This document shows positions 28,101 to 43,295 of a stretch of 64,000 bases of DNA, piece by piece (position 1 is the stretch's first letter; each line of letters begins with the position of its first letter). The translations under genes were made by a program, and so were the position numbers. The stretch lies in NCBI GenBank assembly GCA_964057225.1, contig CAXKVF010000077.1, forward strand, positions 186,001-250,000. The letters run 5' to 3'. Source of the DNA: Auanema rhodensis (lineage: Eukaryota; Animalia; Nematoda). The notes beneath the pieces were generated by a model that saw only the letters and a list, made by a program, of their open reading frames with translations, ran no database searches and was not told where the DNA came from.

Positions 28101-28687
28101 TACATACCAAGTGCACATCACGTGTACATTTAATTAGCATAAATTAAAGTTCACGTAAATTTCAAAGTCATGGTTACCATGCACCAATATCAATAAAAAT
28201 TTGTTTTTAGACTAATATGGACATGGGGAATCTAATTTTGAAAACCGCATCTCTCTATCTTTCACGTGAAGCGAGTTACATACCAAGTGCACATCACATG
28301 TACATTTAATTAGCATAAATTAAAGTTCACGTAAATTTCAAAGTCATGGTTACCATGCACCAATGTCAATAAAAATTTGTTTTTAGACTAATATGGACAT
28401 GGGGAATCTAATTTTGAAAACCGCATCTCTTCATCTTTCACGTGAAGCGAGTTACATACCAAGTGCACATCACGTGTACATTTAATTAGCATAAATTAAA
28501 GTTCACGTAAATTTCAAAGTCATGGTTACCATGCACCAATATCAATAAAAATTTGTTTTTAGACTAATATGGACATGGGGAATCTAATTTTGAAAACCGC
28601 ATCTCTTTATCTTTCACGTGAAGCGAGTTACATACCAAGTGCACATCACGTGTACATTTAATTAGCATAAATTAAAGTTCACGTAAA
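16192..28687 (+). repeat. T97C/A30G-rich domain with 3-, 7- and 11-mer higher-order units
   Basis: A 3-mer at 16368/16896 (A30G+C73A+T97C, A176T, A23). G109A at 19820/21052 (1232 bp = 7 monomers) and at 24748/26684 (1936 bp = 11 monomers). Co-travelling markers are T96C, A17G, G139C and A50G. Confidence 0.85.
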
Positions 28688-31600
28688 TTTCAAAGTCATG
28701 GTTACCATGAACCAATATCAATAAAAATTTGTTTTTAGACTAATATGGACATGGGGAATCTAATTTTGAAAACCGCATCTCTTTATCTTTCACGTGAAGC
28801 GAGTTACATACCAAGTGCACATCACGTGTACATTTAATTAGCATAAATTAAAGTTCACGTAACTTTCAAAGTCATGGTTACCATGCACCAATATCAATAA
28901 AAATTTGTTTTTAGACTAATATGGACATGGGGAATCTAATTTTGAAAACCGCATCTCTTTATCTTTCACGTGAAGCGAGTTACATACTAAGTGCACATCA
29001 CGTGTACATTTAATTAGCATAAATTAAAGTTCACGTAAATTTCAAAGTCATGGTTACCATGCACCAATATCAATAAAAATTTGTTTTTAGACTAATATGG
29101 ACATGGGGAATCTAATTTTGCAAACCGCATCTCTTCATCTTTCACGTGAAGCGAGTTACATACCAAGTGCACATCACGTGTACATTTAATTAGCATAAAT
29201 TAAAGTTCACGTAAATTTCAAAGTCATGGTTACCATGCACCAATATCAATAAAAATTTGTTTTTAGACTAATATGGACATGGGGAATCTAATTTTGAAAA
29301 CCGCATCTCTCTATCTTTCACGTGAAGCGAGTTACATACCAAGTGCACATCACATGTACATTTAATTAGCATAAATTAAAGTTCACGTAAATTTCAAAGT
29401 CATGGTTACCATGCACCAATGTCAATAAAAATTTGTTTTTAGACTAATATGGACATGGGGAATCTAATTTTGCAAACCGCATCTCTTCATCTTTCACGTG
29501 AAGCGAGTTACATACCAAGTGCACATCACATGTACATTTAATTAGCATAAATTAAAGTTCACGTAACTTTCAAAGTCATGGTTACCATGCACCAATATCA
29601 ATAAAAATTTGTTTTTAGACTAATATGGACATGGGGAATCTAATTTTGAAAACCGCATCTCTTTATCTTTCACGTGAAGCGAGTTACATACTAAGTGCAC
29701 ATCACGTGTACATTTAATTAGCATAAATTAAAGTTCACGTAAATTTCAAAGTCATGGTTACCATGCACCAATATCAATAAAAATTTGTTTTTAGACTAAT
29801 ATGGACATGGGGAATCTAATTTTGCAAACCGCATCTCTTCATCTTTCACGTGAAGCGAGTTACATACCAAGTGCACATCACGTGTACATTTAATTAGCAT
29901 AAATTAAAGTTCACGTAAATTTCAAAGTCATGGTTACCATGCACCAATATCAATAAAAATTTGTTTTTAGACTAATATGGACATGGGGAATCTAATTTTG
30001 AAAACCGCATCTCTCTATCTTTCACGTGAAGCGAGTTACATACCAAGTGCACATCACATGTACATTTAATTAGCATAAATTAAAGTTCACGTAAATTTCA
30101 AAGTCATGGTTACCATGCACCAATGTCAATAAAAATTTGTTTTTAGACTAATATGGACATGGGGAATCTAATTTTGAAAACCGCATCTCTTCATCTTTCA
30201 CGTGAAGCGAGTTACATACCAAGTGCACATCACGTGTACATTTAATTAGCATAAATTAAAGTTCACGTAAATTTCAAAGTCATGGTTACCATGCACCAAT
30301 ATCAATAAAAATTTGTTTTTAGACTAATATGGACATGGGGAATCTAATTTTGAAAACCGCATCTCTTTATCTTTCACGTGAAGCGAGTTACATACCAAGT
30401 GCACATCACGTGTACATTTAATTAGCATAAATTAAAGTTCACGTAAATTTCAAAGTCATGGTTACCATGAACCAATATCAATAAAAATTTGTTTTTAGAC
30501 TAATATGGACATGGGGAATCTAATTTTGAAAACCGCATCTCTTTATCTTTCACGTGAAGCGAGTTACATACCAAGTGCACATCACGTGTACATTTAATTA
30601 GCATAAATTAAAGTTCACGTAACTTTCAAAGTCATGGTTACCATGCACCAATATCAATAAAAATTTGTTTTTAGACTAATATGGACATGGGGAATCTAAT
30701 TTTGAAAACCGCATCTCTTTATCTTTCACGTGAAGCGAGTTACATACTAAGTGCACATCACGTGTACATTTAATTAGCATAAATTAAAGTTCACGTAAAT
30801 TTCAAAGTCATGGTTACCATGCACCAATATCAATAAAAATTTGTTTTTAGACTAATATGGACATGGGGAATCTAATTTTGAAAACCGCATCTCTTTATCT
30901 TCCACGTGAAGCGAGTTACATACCAAGTGCACATCACGTGTACATTTAATTAGCATAAATTAAAGTTCACGTAAATTTCAAAGTCATGGTTACCATGCAC
31001 CAATGTCAATAAAAATTTGTTTTTAGACTAATATGGACATGGGGAATCTAATTTTGAAAACCGCATCTCTTTATCTTTCACGTGAAGCGAGTTACATACC
31101 AAGTGCACATCACGTGTACATTTAATTAGCATAAATTAAAGTTCACGTAAATTTCAAAGTCATGGTTACCATGCACCAATGTCAATAAAAATTTGTTTTT
31201 AGACTAATATGGACATGGGGAATCTAATTTTGCAAACCGCATCTCTTCATCTTTCACGTGAAGCGAGTTACATACCAAGTGCACATCACGTGTACATTTA
31301 ATTAGCATAAATTAAAGTTCACGTAAATTTCAAAGTCATGGTTACCATGCACCAATATCAATAAAAATTTGTTTTTAGACTAATATGGACATGGGGAATC
31401 TAATTTTGAAAACCGCATCTCTTTATCTTTCACGTGAAGCGAGTTACATACCAAGTGCACATCACGTGTACATTTAATTAGCATAAATTAAAGTTCACGT
31501 AAATTTCAAAGTCATGGTTACCATGCACCAATGTCAATAAAAATTTGTTTTTAGACTAATATGGACATGGGGAATCTAATTTTGAAAACCGCATCTCTTT

Positions 31601-34600
31601 ATCTTTCACGTGAAGCGAGTTACATACTAAGTGCACATCACGTGTACATTTAATTAGCATAAATTAAAGTTCACGTAAATTTCAAAGTCATGGTTACCAT
31701 GCACCAATATCAATAAAAATTTGTTTTTAGACTAATATGGACATGGGGAATCTAATTTTGAAAACCGCATCTCTTTATCTTTCACGTGAAGCGAGTTACA
31801 TACCAAGTGCACATCACGTGTACATTTAATTAGCATAAATTAAAGTTCACGTAAATTTCAAAGTCATGGTTACCATGCACCAATGTCAATAAAAATTTGT
31901 TTTTAGACTAATATGGACATGGGGAATCTAATTTTGAAAACCGCATCTCTTTATCTTTCACGTGAAGCGAGTTACATACCAAGTGCACATCACGTGTACA
32001 TTTAATTAGCATAAATTAAAGTTCACGTAAATTTCAAAGTCATGGTTACCATGCACCAATGTCAATAAAAATTTGTTTTTAGACTAATATGGACATGGGG
32101 AATCTAATTTTGCAAACCGCATCTCTTCATCTTTCACGTGAAGCGAGTTACATACCAAGTGCACATCACGTGTACATTTAATTAGCATAAATTAAAGTTC
32201 ACGTAAATTTCAAAGTCATGGTTACCATGCACCAATATCAATAAAAATTTGTTTTTAGACTAATATGGACATGGGGAATCTAATTTTGAAAACCGCATCT
32301 CTTTATCTTTCACGTGAAGCGAGTTACATACTAAGTGCACATCACGTGTACATTTAATTAGCATAAATTAAAGTTCACGTAAATTTCAAAGTCATGGTTA
32401 CCATGCACCAATATCAATAAAAATTTGTTTTTAGACTAATATGGACATGGGGAATCTAATTTTGAAAACCGCATCTCTCTATCTTTCACGTGAAGCGAGT
32501 TACATACCAAGTGCACATCACGTGTACATTTAATTAGCATAAATTAAAGTTCACGTAAATTTCAAAGTCATGGTTACCATGCACCAATGTCAATAAAAAT
32601 TTGTTTTTAGACTAATATGGACATGGGGAATCTAATTTTGAAAACCGCATCTCTTTATCTTTCACGTGAAGCGAGTTACATACCAAGTGCACATCACGTG
32701 TACATTTAATTAGCATAAATTAAAGTTCACGTAAATTTCAAAGTCATGGTTACCATGCACCAATATCAATAAAAATTTGTTTTTAGACTAATATGGACAT
32801 GGGGAATCTAATTTTGAAAACCGCATCTCTCTATCTTTCACGTGAAGCGAGTTACATACCAAGTGCACATCACGTGTACATTTAATTAGCATAAATTAAA
32901 GTTCACGTAAATTTCAAAGTCATGGTTACCATGCACCAATGTCAATAAAAATTTGTTTTTAGACTAATATGGACATGGGGAATCTAATTTTGAAAACCGC
33001 ATCTCTTCATCTTTCACGTGAAGCGAGTTACATACCAAGTGCACATCACGTGTACATTTAATTAGCATAAATTAAAGTTCACGTAAATTTCAAAGTCATG
33101 GTTACCATGCACCAATATCAATAAAAATTTGTTTTTAGACTAATATGGACATGGGGAATCTAATTTTGAAAACCGCATCTCTTTATCTATCACGTGAAGC
33201 GAGTTACATACCAAGTGCACATCACGTGTACATTTAATTAGCATAAATTAAAGTTCACGTAAATTTCAAAGTCATGGTTACCATGCACCAATGTCAATAA
33301 AAATTTGTTTTTAGACTAATATGGACATGGGGAATCTAATTTTGAAAACCGCATCTCTTTATCTTTCACGTGAAGCGAGTTACATACTAAGTGCACATCA
33401 CGTGTACATTTAATTAGCATAAATTAAAGTTCACGTAAATTTCAAAGTCATGGTTACCATGCACCAATATCAATAAAAATTTGTTTTTAGACTAATATGG
33501 ACATGGGGAATCTAATTTTGAAAACCGCATCTCTTTATCTTTCACGTGAAGCGAGTTACATACCAAGTGCACATCACGTGTACATTTAATTAGCATAAAT
33601 TAAAGTTCACGTAAATTTCAAAGTCATGGTTACCATGCACCAATGTCAATAAAAATTTGTTTTTAGACTAATATGGACATGGGGAATCTAATTTTGAAAA
33701 CCGCATCTCTTTATCTTTCACGTGAAGCGAGTTACATACCAAGTGCACATCACGTGTAAATTTAATTAGCATAAATTAAAGTTCACGTAAATTTCAAAGT
33801 CATGGTTACCATGCACCAATGTCAATAAAAATTTGTTTTTAGACTAATATGGACATGGGGAATCTAATTTTGAAAACCGCATCTCTTTATCTTTCACGTG
33901 AAGCGAGTTACATACTAAGTGCACATCACGTGTACATTTAATTAGCATAAATTAAAGTTCACGTAAATTTCAAAGTCATGGTTACCATGCACCAATATCA
34001 ATAAAAATTTGTTTTTAGACTAATATGGACATGGGGAATCTAATTTTGAAAACCGCATCTCTTTATCTTTCACGTGAAGCGAGTTACATACCAAGTGCAC
34101 ATCACGTGTACATTTAATTAGCATAAATTAAAGTTCACGTAAATTTCAAAGTCATGGTTACCATGCACCAATATCAATAAAAATTTGTTTTTAGACTAAT
34201 ATGGACATGGGGAATCTAATTTTGAAAACCGCATCTCTTTATCTTTCACGTGAAGCGAGTTACATACTAAGTGCACATCACGTGTACATTTAATTAGCAT
34301 AAATTAAAGTTCACGTAAATTTCAAAGTCATGGTTACCATGCACCAATGTCAATAAAAATTTGTTTTTAGACTAATATGGACATGGGGAATCTAATTTTG
34401 AAAACCGCATCTCTTCATCTTTCACGTGAAGCGAGTTACATACCAAGTGCACATCACGTGTACATTTAATTAGCATAAATTAAAGTTCACGTAAATTTCA
34501 AAGTCATGGTTACCATGCACCAATATCAATAAAAATTTGTTTTTAGACTAATATGGACATGGGGAATCTAATTTTGAAAACCGCATCTCTTTATCTTTCA

Positions 34601-34671
34601 CGTGAAGCGAGTTACATACCAAGTGCACATCACGTGTACATTTAATTAGCATAAATTAAAGTTCACGTAAA

Positions 34672-37600
34672 TTTCAAAGTCATGGTTACCATGAACCAAT
34701 ATCAATAAAAATTTGTTTTTAGACTAATATGGACATGGGGAATCTAATTTTGAAAACCGCATCTCTTTATCTTTCACGTGAAGTGAGTTACATACCAAGT
34801 GCACATCACGTGTACATTTAATTAGCATAAATTAAAGTTCACGTAAATTTCAAAGTCATGGTTACCATGCACCAATGTCAATAAAAATTTGTTTTTAGAC
34901 TAATATGGACATGGGGAATCTAATTTTGAAAACCACATCTCTTTATCTTTCACGTGAAGCGAGTTACATACCAAGTGCACATCACGTGTACATTTAATTA
35001 GCATAAATTAAAGTTCACGTAAATTTCAAAGTCATGGTTACCATGCACCAATGTCAATAAAAATTTGTTTTTAGACTAATATGGACATGGGGAATCTAAT
35101 TTTGCAAACCGCATCTCTTCATCTTTCACGTGAAGCGAGTTACATACCAAGTGCACATCACGTGTACATTTAATTAGCATAAATTAAAGTTCACGTAAAT
35201 TTCAAAGTCATGGTTACCATGCACCAATATCAATAAAAATTTGTTTTTAGACTAATATGGACATGGGGAATCTAATTTTGAAAACCGCATCTCTTTATCT
35301 TTCACGTGAAGCGAGTTACATACCAAGTGCACATCACGTGTACATTTAATTAGCATAAATTAAAGTTCACGTAACTTTCAAAGTCATGGTTACCATGCAC
35401 CAATATCAATAAAAATTTGTTTTTAGACTAATATGGACATGGGGAATCTAATTTTGAAAACCGCATCTCTTTATCTTTCACGTGAAGCGAGTTACATACT
35501 AAGTGCACATCACGTGTACATTTAATTAGCATAAATTAAAGTTCACGTAAATTTCAAAGTCATGGTTACCATGCACCAATATCAATAAAAATTTGTTTTT
35601 AGACTAATATGGACATGGGGAATCTAATTTTGAAAACCGCATCTCTTTATCTTTCACGTGAAGCGAGTTACATTCCAAGTGCACATCACGTGTACATTTA
35701 ATTAGCATAAATTAAAGTTCACGTAAATTTCAAAGTCATGGTTACCATGAACCAATATCAATAAAAATTTGTTTTTAGACTAATATGGACATGGGGAATC
35801 TAATTTTGAAAACCGCATCTCTTTATCTTTCACGTGAAGCGAGTTACATACCAAGTGCACATCACGTGTACATTTAATTAGCATAAATTAAAGTTCACGT
35901 AAATTTCAAAGTCATGGTTACCATGCACCAATATCAATAAAAATTTGTTTTTAGACTAATATGGACATGGGGAATCTAATTTTGAAAACCGCATCTCTTT
36001 ATCTTTCACGTGAAGCGAGTTACATACCAAGTGCACATCACGTGTACATTTAATTAACATAAATTAAAGTTCACGTAAATTTCAAAGTCATGGTTACCAT
36101 GCACCAATATCAATAAAAATTTGTTTTTAGACTAATATGGACATGGGAAATCTAATTTTGAAAACCGCATCTCTTTATCTTTCACGTGAAGCGAGTTACA
36201 TACCAAGTGCACATCACGTGTACATTTAATTAGCATAAATTAAAGTTCACGTAAATTTCAAAGTCATGGTTACCATGCACCAATATCAATAAAAATTTGT
36301 TTTTAGACTAATATGGACATGGGGAATCTAATTTTGAAAACCGCATCTCTTTATCTTTCACGTGAAGCGAGTTACATACCAAGTGCACATCACGTGTACA
36401 TTTAATTAGCATAAATTAAAGTTCACGTAAATTTCAAAGTCATGGTTACCATGAACCAATATCAATAAAAATTTGTTTTTAGACTAATATGGACATGGGG
36501 AATCTAATTTTGAAAACCGCATCTCTTTATCTTTCACGTGAAGTGAGTTACATACCAAGTGCACATCACGTGTACATTTAATTAGCATAAATTAAAGTTC
36601 ACGTAAATTTCAAAGTCATGGTTACCATGCACCAATGTCAATAAAAATTTGTTTTTAGACTAATATGGACATGGGGAATCTAATTTTGAAAACCACATCT
36701 CTTTATCTTTCACGTGAAGCGAGTTACATACCAAGTGCACATCACGTGTACATTTAATTAGCATAAATTAAAGTTCACGTAAATTTCAAAGTCATGGTTA
36801 CCATGCACCAATGTCAATAAAAATTTGTTTTTAGACTAATATGGACATGGGGAATCTAATTTTGCAAACCGCATCTCTTCATCTTTCACGTGAAGCGAGT
36901 TACATACCAAGTGCACATCACGTGTACATTTAATTAGCATAAATTAAAGTTCACGTAAATTTCAAAGTCATGGTTACCATGCACCAATATCAATAAAAAT
37001 TTGTTTTTAGACTAATATGGACATGGGGAATCTAATTTTGAAAACCGCATCTCTTTATCTTTCACGTGAAGCGAGTTACATACCAAGTGCACATCACGTG
37101 TACATTTAATTAGCATAAATTAAAGTTCACGTAACTTTCAAAGTCATGGTTACCATGCACCAATATCAATAAAAATTTGTTTTTAGACTAATATGGACAT
37201 GGGGAATCTAATTTTGAAAACCGCATCTCTTTATCTTTCACGTGAAGCGAGTTACATACTAAGTGCACATCACGTGTACATTTAATTAGCATAAATTAAA
37301 GTTCACGTAAATTTCAAAGTCATGGTTACCATGCACCAATATCAATAAAAATTTGTTTTTAGACTAATATGGACATGGGGAATCTAATTTTGAAAACCGC
37401 ATCTCTTTATCTTTCACGTGAAGCGAGTTACATTCCAAGTGCACATCACGTGTACATTTAATTAGCATAAATTAAAGTTCACGTAAATTTCAAAGTCATG
37501 GTTACCATGAACCAATATCAATAAAAATTTGTTTTTAGACTAATATGGACATGGGGAATCTAATTTTGAAAACCGCATCTCTTTATCTTTCACGTGAAGC

Positions 37601-40600
37601 GAGTTACATACCAAGTGCACATCACGTGTACATTTAATTAGCATAAATTAAAGTTCACGTAAATTTCAAAGTCATGGTTACCATGCACCAATATCAATAA
37701 AAATTTGTTTTTAGACTAATATGGACATGGGGAATCTAATTTTGAAAACCGCATCTCTTTATCTTTCACGTGAAGCGAGTTACATACCAAGTGCACATCA
37801 CGTGTACATTTAATTAACATAAATTAAAGTTCACGTAAATTTCAAAGTCATGGTTACCATGCACCAATATCAATAAAAATTTGTTTTTAGACTAATATGG
37901 ACATGGGAAATCTAATTTTGAAAACCGCATCTCTTTATCTTTCACGTGAAGCGAGTTACATACCAAGTGCACATCACGTGTACATTTAATTAGCATAAAT
38001 TAAAGTTCACGTAAATTTCAAAGTCATGGTTACCATGAACCAATATCAATAAAAATTTGTTTTTAGACTAATATGGACATGGGGAATCTAATTTTGAAAA
38101 CCGCATCTCTTTATCTTTCACGTGAAGTGAGTTACATACCAAGTGCACATCACGTGTACATTTAATTAGCATAAATTAAAGTTCACGTAAATTTCAAAGT
38201 CATGGTTACCATGCACCAATGTCAATAAAAATTTGTTTTTAGACTAATATGGACATGGGGAATCTAATTTTGAAAACCACATCTCTTTATCTTTCACGTG
38301 AAGCGAGTTACATACCAAGTGCACATCACGTGTACATTTAATTAGCATAAATTAAAGTTCACGTAAATTTCAAAGTCATGGTTACCATGAACCAATATCA
38401 ATAAAAATTTGTTTTTAGACTAATATGGACATGGGGAATCTAATTTTGAAAACCGCATCTCTTTATCTTTCACGTGAAGTGAGTTACATACCAAGTGCAC
38501 ATCACGTGTACATTTAATTAGCATAAATTAAAGTTCACGTAAATTTCAAAGTCATGGTTACCATGCACCAATGTCAATAAAAATTTGTTTTTAGACTAAT
38601 ATGGACATGGGGAATCTAATTTTGAAAACCACATCTCTTTATCTTTCACGTGAAGCGAGTTACATACCAAGTGCACATCACGTGTACATTTAATTAGCAT
38701 AAATTAAAGTTCACGTAAATTTCAAAGTCATGGTTACCATGCACCAATGTCAATAAAAATTTGTTTTTAGACTAATATGGACATGGGGAATCTAATTTTG
38801 CAAACCGCATCTCTTCATCTTTCACGTGAAGCGAGTTACATACCAAGTGCACATCACGTGTACATTTAATTAGCATAAATTAAAGTTCACGTAAATTTCA
38901 AAGTCATGGTTACCATGCACCAATATCAATAAAAATTTGTTTTTAGACTAATATGGACATGGGGAATCTAATTTTGAAAACCGCATCTCTTTATCTTTCA
39001 CGTGAAGCGAGTTACATACCAAGTGCACATCACGTGTACATTTAATTAGCATAAATTAAAGTTCACGTAACTTTCAAAGTCATGGTTACCATGCACCAAT
39101 ATCAATAAAAATTTGTTTTTAGACTAATATGGACATGGGGAATCTAATTTTGAAAACCGCATCTCTTTATCTTTCACGTGAAGCGAGTTACATACTAAGT
39201 GCACATCACGTGTACATTTAATTAGCATAAATTAAAGTTCACGTAAATTTCAAAGTCATGGTTACCATGCACCAATATCAATAAAAATTTGTTTTTAGAC
39301 TAATATGGACATGGGGAATCTAATTTTGAAAACCGCATCTCTTTATCTTTCACGTGAAGCGAGTTACATACCAAGTGCACATCACGTGTACATTTAATTA
39401 GCATAAATTAAAGTTCACGTAAATTTCAAAGTCATGGTTACCATGAACCAATATCAATAAAAATTTGTTTTTAGACTAATATGGACATGGGGAATCTAAT
39501 TTTGAAAACCGCATCTCTTTATCTTTCACGTGAAGCGAGTTACATACCAAGTGCACATCACGTGTACATTTAATTAGCATAAATTAAAGTTCACGTAAAT
39601 TTCAAAGTCATGGTTACCATGCACCAATATCAATAAAAATTTGTTTTTAGACTAATATGGACATGGGGAATCTAATTTTGAAAACCGCATCTCTTTATCT
39701 TTCACGTGAAGCGAGTTACATACCAAGTGCACATCACGTGTACATTTAATTAACATAAATTAAAGTTCACGTAAATTTCAAAGTCATGGTTACCATGCAC
39801 CAATATCAATAAAAATTTGTTTTTAGACTAATATGGACATGGGAAATCTAATTTTGAAAACCGCATCTCTTTATCTTTCACGTGAAGCGAGTTACATACC
39901 AAGTGCACATCACGTGTACATTTAATTAGCATAAATTAAAGTTCACGTAAATTTCAAAGTCATGGTTACCATGAACCAATATCAATAAAAATTTGTTTTT
40001 AGACTAATATGGACATGGGGAATCTAATTTTGAAAACCGCATCTCTTTATCTTTCACGTGAAGTGAGTTACATACCAAGTGCACATCACGTGTACATTTA
40101 ATTAGCATAAATTAAAGTTCACGTAAATTTCAAAGTCATGGTTACCATGCACCAATGTCAATAAAAATTTGTTTTTAGACTAATATGGACATGGGGAATC
40201 TAATTTTGAAAACCACATCTCTTTATCTTTCACGTGAAGCGAGTTACATACCAAGTGCACATCACGTGTACATTTAATTAGCATAAATTAAAGTTCACGT
40301 AAATTTCAAAGTCATGGTTACCATGCACCAATGTCAATAAAAATTTGTTTTTAGACTAATATGGACATGGGGAATCTAATTTTGCAAACCGCATCTCTTC
40401 ATCTTTCACGTGAAGCGAGTTACATACCAAGTGCACATCACGTGTACATTTAATTAGCATAAATTAAAGTTCACGTAAATTTCAAAGTCATGGTTACCAT
40501 GCACCAATATCAATAAAAATTTGTTTTTAGACTAATATGGACATGGGTAATCTAATTTTGAAAACCGCATCTCTTTATCTTTCACGTGAAGCGAGTTACA

Positions 40601-41183
40601 TACCAAGTGCACATCACGTGTACATTTAATTAGCATAAATTAAAGTTCACGTAACTTTCAAAGTCATGGTTACCATGCACCAATATCAATAAAAATTTGT
40701 TTTTAGACTAATATGGACATGGGGAATCTAATTTTGAAAACCGCATCTCTTTATCTTTCACGTGAAGCGAGTTACATACTAAGTGCACATCACGTGTACA
40801 TTTAATTAGCATAAATTAAAGTTCACGTAAATTTCAAAGTCATGGTTACCATGCACCAATATCAATAAAAATTTGTTTTTAGACTAATATGGACATGGGG
40901 AATCTAATTTTGAAAACCGCATCTCTTTATCTTTCACGTGAAGCGAGTTACATACCAAGTGCACATCACGTGTACATTTAATTAGCATAAATTAAAGTTC
41001 ACGTAAATTTCAAAGTCATGGTTACCATGAACCAATATCAATAAAAATTTGTTTTTAGACTAATATGGACATGGGGAATCTAATTTTGAAAACCGCATCT
41101 CTTTATCTTTCACGTGAAGCGAGTTACATACCAAGTGCACATCACGTGTACATTTAATTAGCATAAATTAAAGTTCACGTAAA
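34672..41183 (+). repeat. 9/10-monomer higher-order repeat, about 4 copies
   Basis: C113T at 34784, 36544, 38128, 38480 and 40064. It is followed in order by G88A, A82C+T97C, A176C, C125T, (A123T), A23, G154A and G69A. Confidence 0.9.
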
Positions 41184-43295
41184 TTTCAAAGTCATGGTTA
41201 CCATGCACCAATATCAATAAAAATTTGTTCTTAAACTAATATGGACATGGGGAATCTAATTTTGAAAACCGCATCTCTTTATCTTTCACGTGAAGCGAGT
41301 TACATACCAAGTGCACATCACGTGTACATTTAATTAGCATAAATTAAAGTTCACGTAACTTTCAAAGTCATGGTTACCATGCACCAATATCAATAAAAAT
41401 TTGTTTTTAGACTAATATGGACATGGGGAATCTAATTTTGAAAACCGCATCTCTTTATCTTTCACGTGAAGCGAGTTACATACTAAGTGCACATCACGTG
41501 TACATTTAATTAGCATAAATTAAAGTTCACGTAAATTTCAAAGTCATGGTTACCATGAACCAATATCAATAAAAATTTGTTTTTAGACTAATATGGACAT
41601 GGGGAATCTAATTTTGAAAACCGCATCTCTTTATCTTTCACGTGAAGCGAGTTACATACCAAGTGCACATCACGTGTACATTTAATTAGCATAAATTAAA
41701 GTTCACGTAAATTTCAAAGTCATGGTTACCATGCACCAATATCAATAAAAATTTGTTTTTAAACTAATATGGACATGGGGAATCTAATTTTGAAAACCGC
41801 ATCTCTTTATCTTTCACGTGAAGCGAGTTACATACCAAGTGCACATCACGTGTACATTTAATTAGCATAAATTAAAGTTCACGTAAATTTCAAAGTCATG
41901 GTTACCATGCACCAATATCGATAAAAATTTGTTTTTAGACTAATATGGACATGGGGAATCTAATTTTGAAAACCGCATCTCTTTATCTTTCACGTGAAGC
42001 GAGTTACATACCAAGTGCACATCACGTGTACATTTAATTAGCATAAATTAAAGTTCACGTAAATTTCAAAGTCATGGTTACCATGCACCAATATCAATAA
42101 AAATTTGTTTTTAGACTAATATGGACATGGGGAATCTAATTTTGAAAACCGCATCTCTTTATCTTTCACGTGAAGCGAGTTACATACCAAGTGCACATCA
42201 CGTGTACATTTAATTAGCATAAATTAAAGTTCACGTAAATTTCAAAGTCATGGTTACCATGCACCAATATCGATAAAAATTTGTTTTTAGACTAATATGG
42301 ACATGGGGAATCTAATTTTGAAAACCGCATCTCTTTATCTTTCACGTGAAGCGAGTTACATACCAAGTGCACATCACGTGTACATTTAATTAGCATAAAT
42401 TAAAGTTCACGTAAATTTCAAAGTCATGGTTACCATGCACCAATATCAATAAAAATTTGTTTTTAGACTAATATGGACATGGGGAATCTAATTTTGAAAA
42501 CCGCATCTCTTCATCTTTCACGTGAAGCGAGTTACATACCAAGTGCACATCACGTGTACATTTAATTAGCATAAATTAAAGTTCACGTAAATTTCAAAGT
42601 CATGGTTACCATGAACCAATATCAATAAAAATTTGTTTTTAGACTAATATGGACATGGGGAATCTAATTTTGAAAACCGCATCTCTTTATCTTTCACGTG
42701 AAGCGAGTTACATACCAAGTGCACATCACGTGTACATTTAATTAGCATAAATTAAAGTTCACGTAAATTTCAAAGTCATGGTTACCATGCACCAATATCA
42801 ATAAAAATTTGTTTTTAAACTAATATGGACATGGGGAATCTAATTTTGAAAACCGCATCTCTTTATCTTTCACGTGAAGCGAGTTACATACCAAGTGCAC
42901 ATCACGTGTACATTTAATTAGCATAAATTAAAGTTCACGTAAATTTCAAAGTCATGGTTACCATGCACCAATATCAATAAAAATTTGTTTTTAGACTAAT
43001 ATGGACATGGGGAATCTAATTGTGAAAACCGCATCTCTTTATCTTTCACGTGAAGCGAGTTACATACTAAGTGCACATCACGTGTACATTTAATTAGCAT
43101 AAATTAAAGTTCACGTAAATTTCAAAGTCATGGTTACCATGAACCAATATCAATAAAAATTTGTTTTTAGACTAATATGGACATGGGGAATCTAATTTTG
43201 AAAACCGCATCTCTTCATCTTTCACGTGAAGCGAGTTACATACCAAGTGCACATCACGTGTACATTTAATTAGCATAAATTAAAGTTCACGTAAA

